NCBI RefSeq assembly: GCF_036971445.1
Contig: NC_091480.1
Span: forward strand, 23,870,001-23,934,000
Source of the DNA: Narcine bancroftii
Taxonomy: Eukaryota
Reading direction: 5' to 3'
Length of the DNA stretch: 64,000 nt
Shown here: positions 63,271 through 64,000 of the stretch, piece after piece
Numbering within the stretch: position 1 is the stretch's first letter
Layout of the letters: each line of letters opens with the position of its first letter
The notes under the pieces: model-generated
Told to the model about the DNA's origin: nothing
What the model saw: the letters and a program-made list of their open reading frames with translations, nothing else
Databases searched by the model: none
Program-made: the position numbers and the translations under genes

Positions 63271-64000
63271 GTAAGGCTGTGGAATTTCATGGTTGAACTT
63301 CACAGACCTTTGGAATGAGAGGTCTAGAGATTGGGTGCAAGGAGGGCAGGAGTGCTGTGACCTTAGTCTTGCAGCACAGTTGAAATATATGGTGTGCCCT
63401 TGTTCCTGATCCTTCTAGTCTCTTACCTACTTAGTGTTTAGGCGGTTACAAGCTCAGGTACAACACTCTCAGTGAGGGATAAGAGACCAGCTGAAAATCA
63501 TTTTGAGCCAGTGTTTAATTGTGTAAAGACCAAGAATGTTATTTATTCCTTTGCTCATTTGTCAGAAATGAATGAACATAAAAAAAACCTGTTGAGAAAA
63601 CAAAACAGTTGGCACATCAAGGAGCACAGCATGATGAAAATTGGTATGCAAAATTATAAGAGCATAGCTACACATTCTGATCTGGAAAATACAAGGAAAT
63701 AAAGTGTTCCCCATCTGGACACAATGAATTAGACTGCCCAGTTACATGTCAGCTACAAAGTGGGACTGCGTTTTTTTTCTGCTCTGTCCCACTTCAGAAT
63801 CATAGGCCAGGTTCTGAACGATTATGGCTGCTTTGCAAAGGGCACTTATGCTAGAACAGAAAATGCAGTATAATTAGAGCAGTTCAAATACAAGAGCAAA
63901 TAGAACCACATCTTGCAGCAGGTATTTGTTGCAGTTAATCAAAGTTCAATTAATAAAAGCCCATAAACACTTGGTGCGGCTGACAAGAAAGGATCTCAGA

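Overview
Eukaryotic (vertebrate) genomic DNA. The repeat repertoire (V-domain/HE1-like SINEs with CR1 tails, abundant CR1, Penelope, Rex1/Babar and RTE LINEs) points to a cartilaginous fish, probably a ray; this is inferred. I recognised no intact host exon, RNA gene or prokaryotic feature. The window is a repeat-dense intronic or intergenic region with two N gaps. It holds a full-length decayed L1 with target-site duplication (TSD; 7511-13308, -), a near-complete CR1 ORF2 inserted into a 32-bp minisatellite, six young RTE insertions, solo LTRs, hAT and Tc1/mariner MITEs, and a Chapaev-like transposase relic. The standout is a minus-strand Gypsy-type LTR retroelement (58363-60940). It keeps PBS, gag, protease, PPT and 3' LTR, but RT, RNase H and integrase are replaced by two intron-less host mRNA fragments in tandem: a liprin-alpha (PPFIA2/4-like) coiled coil fused in frame to the protease, then the TPR coiled coil overlapping the nuclear-pore-anchoring region. 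This copy is decayed. Protein and repeat-family assignments come from recalled motifs and were not database-checked.
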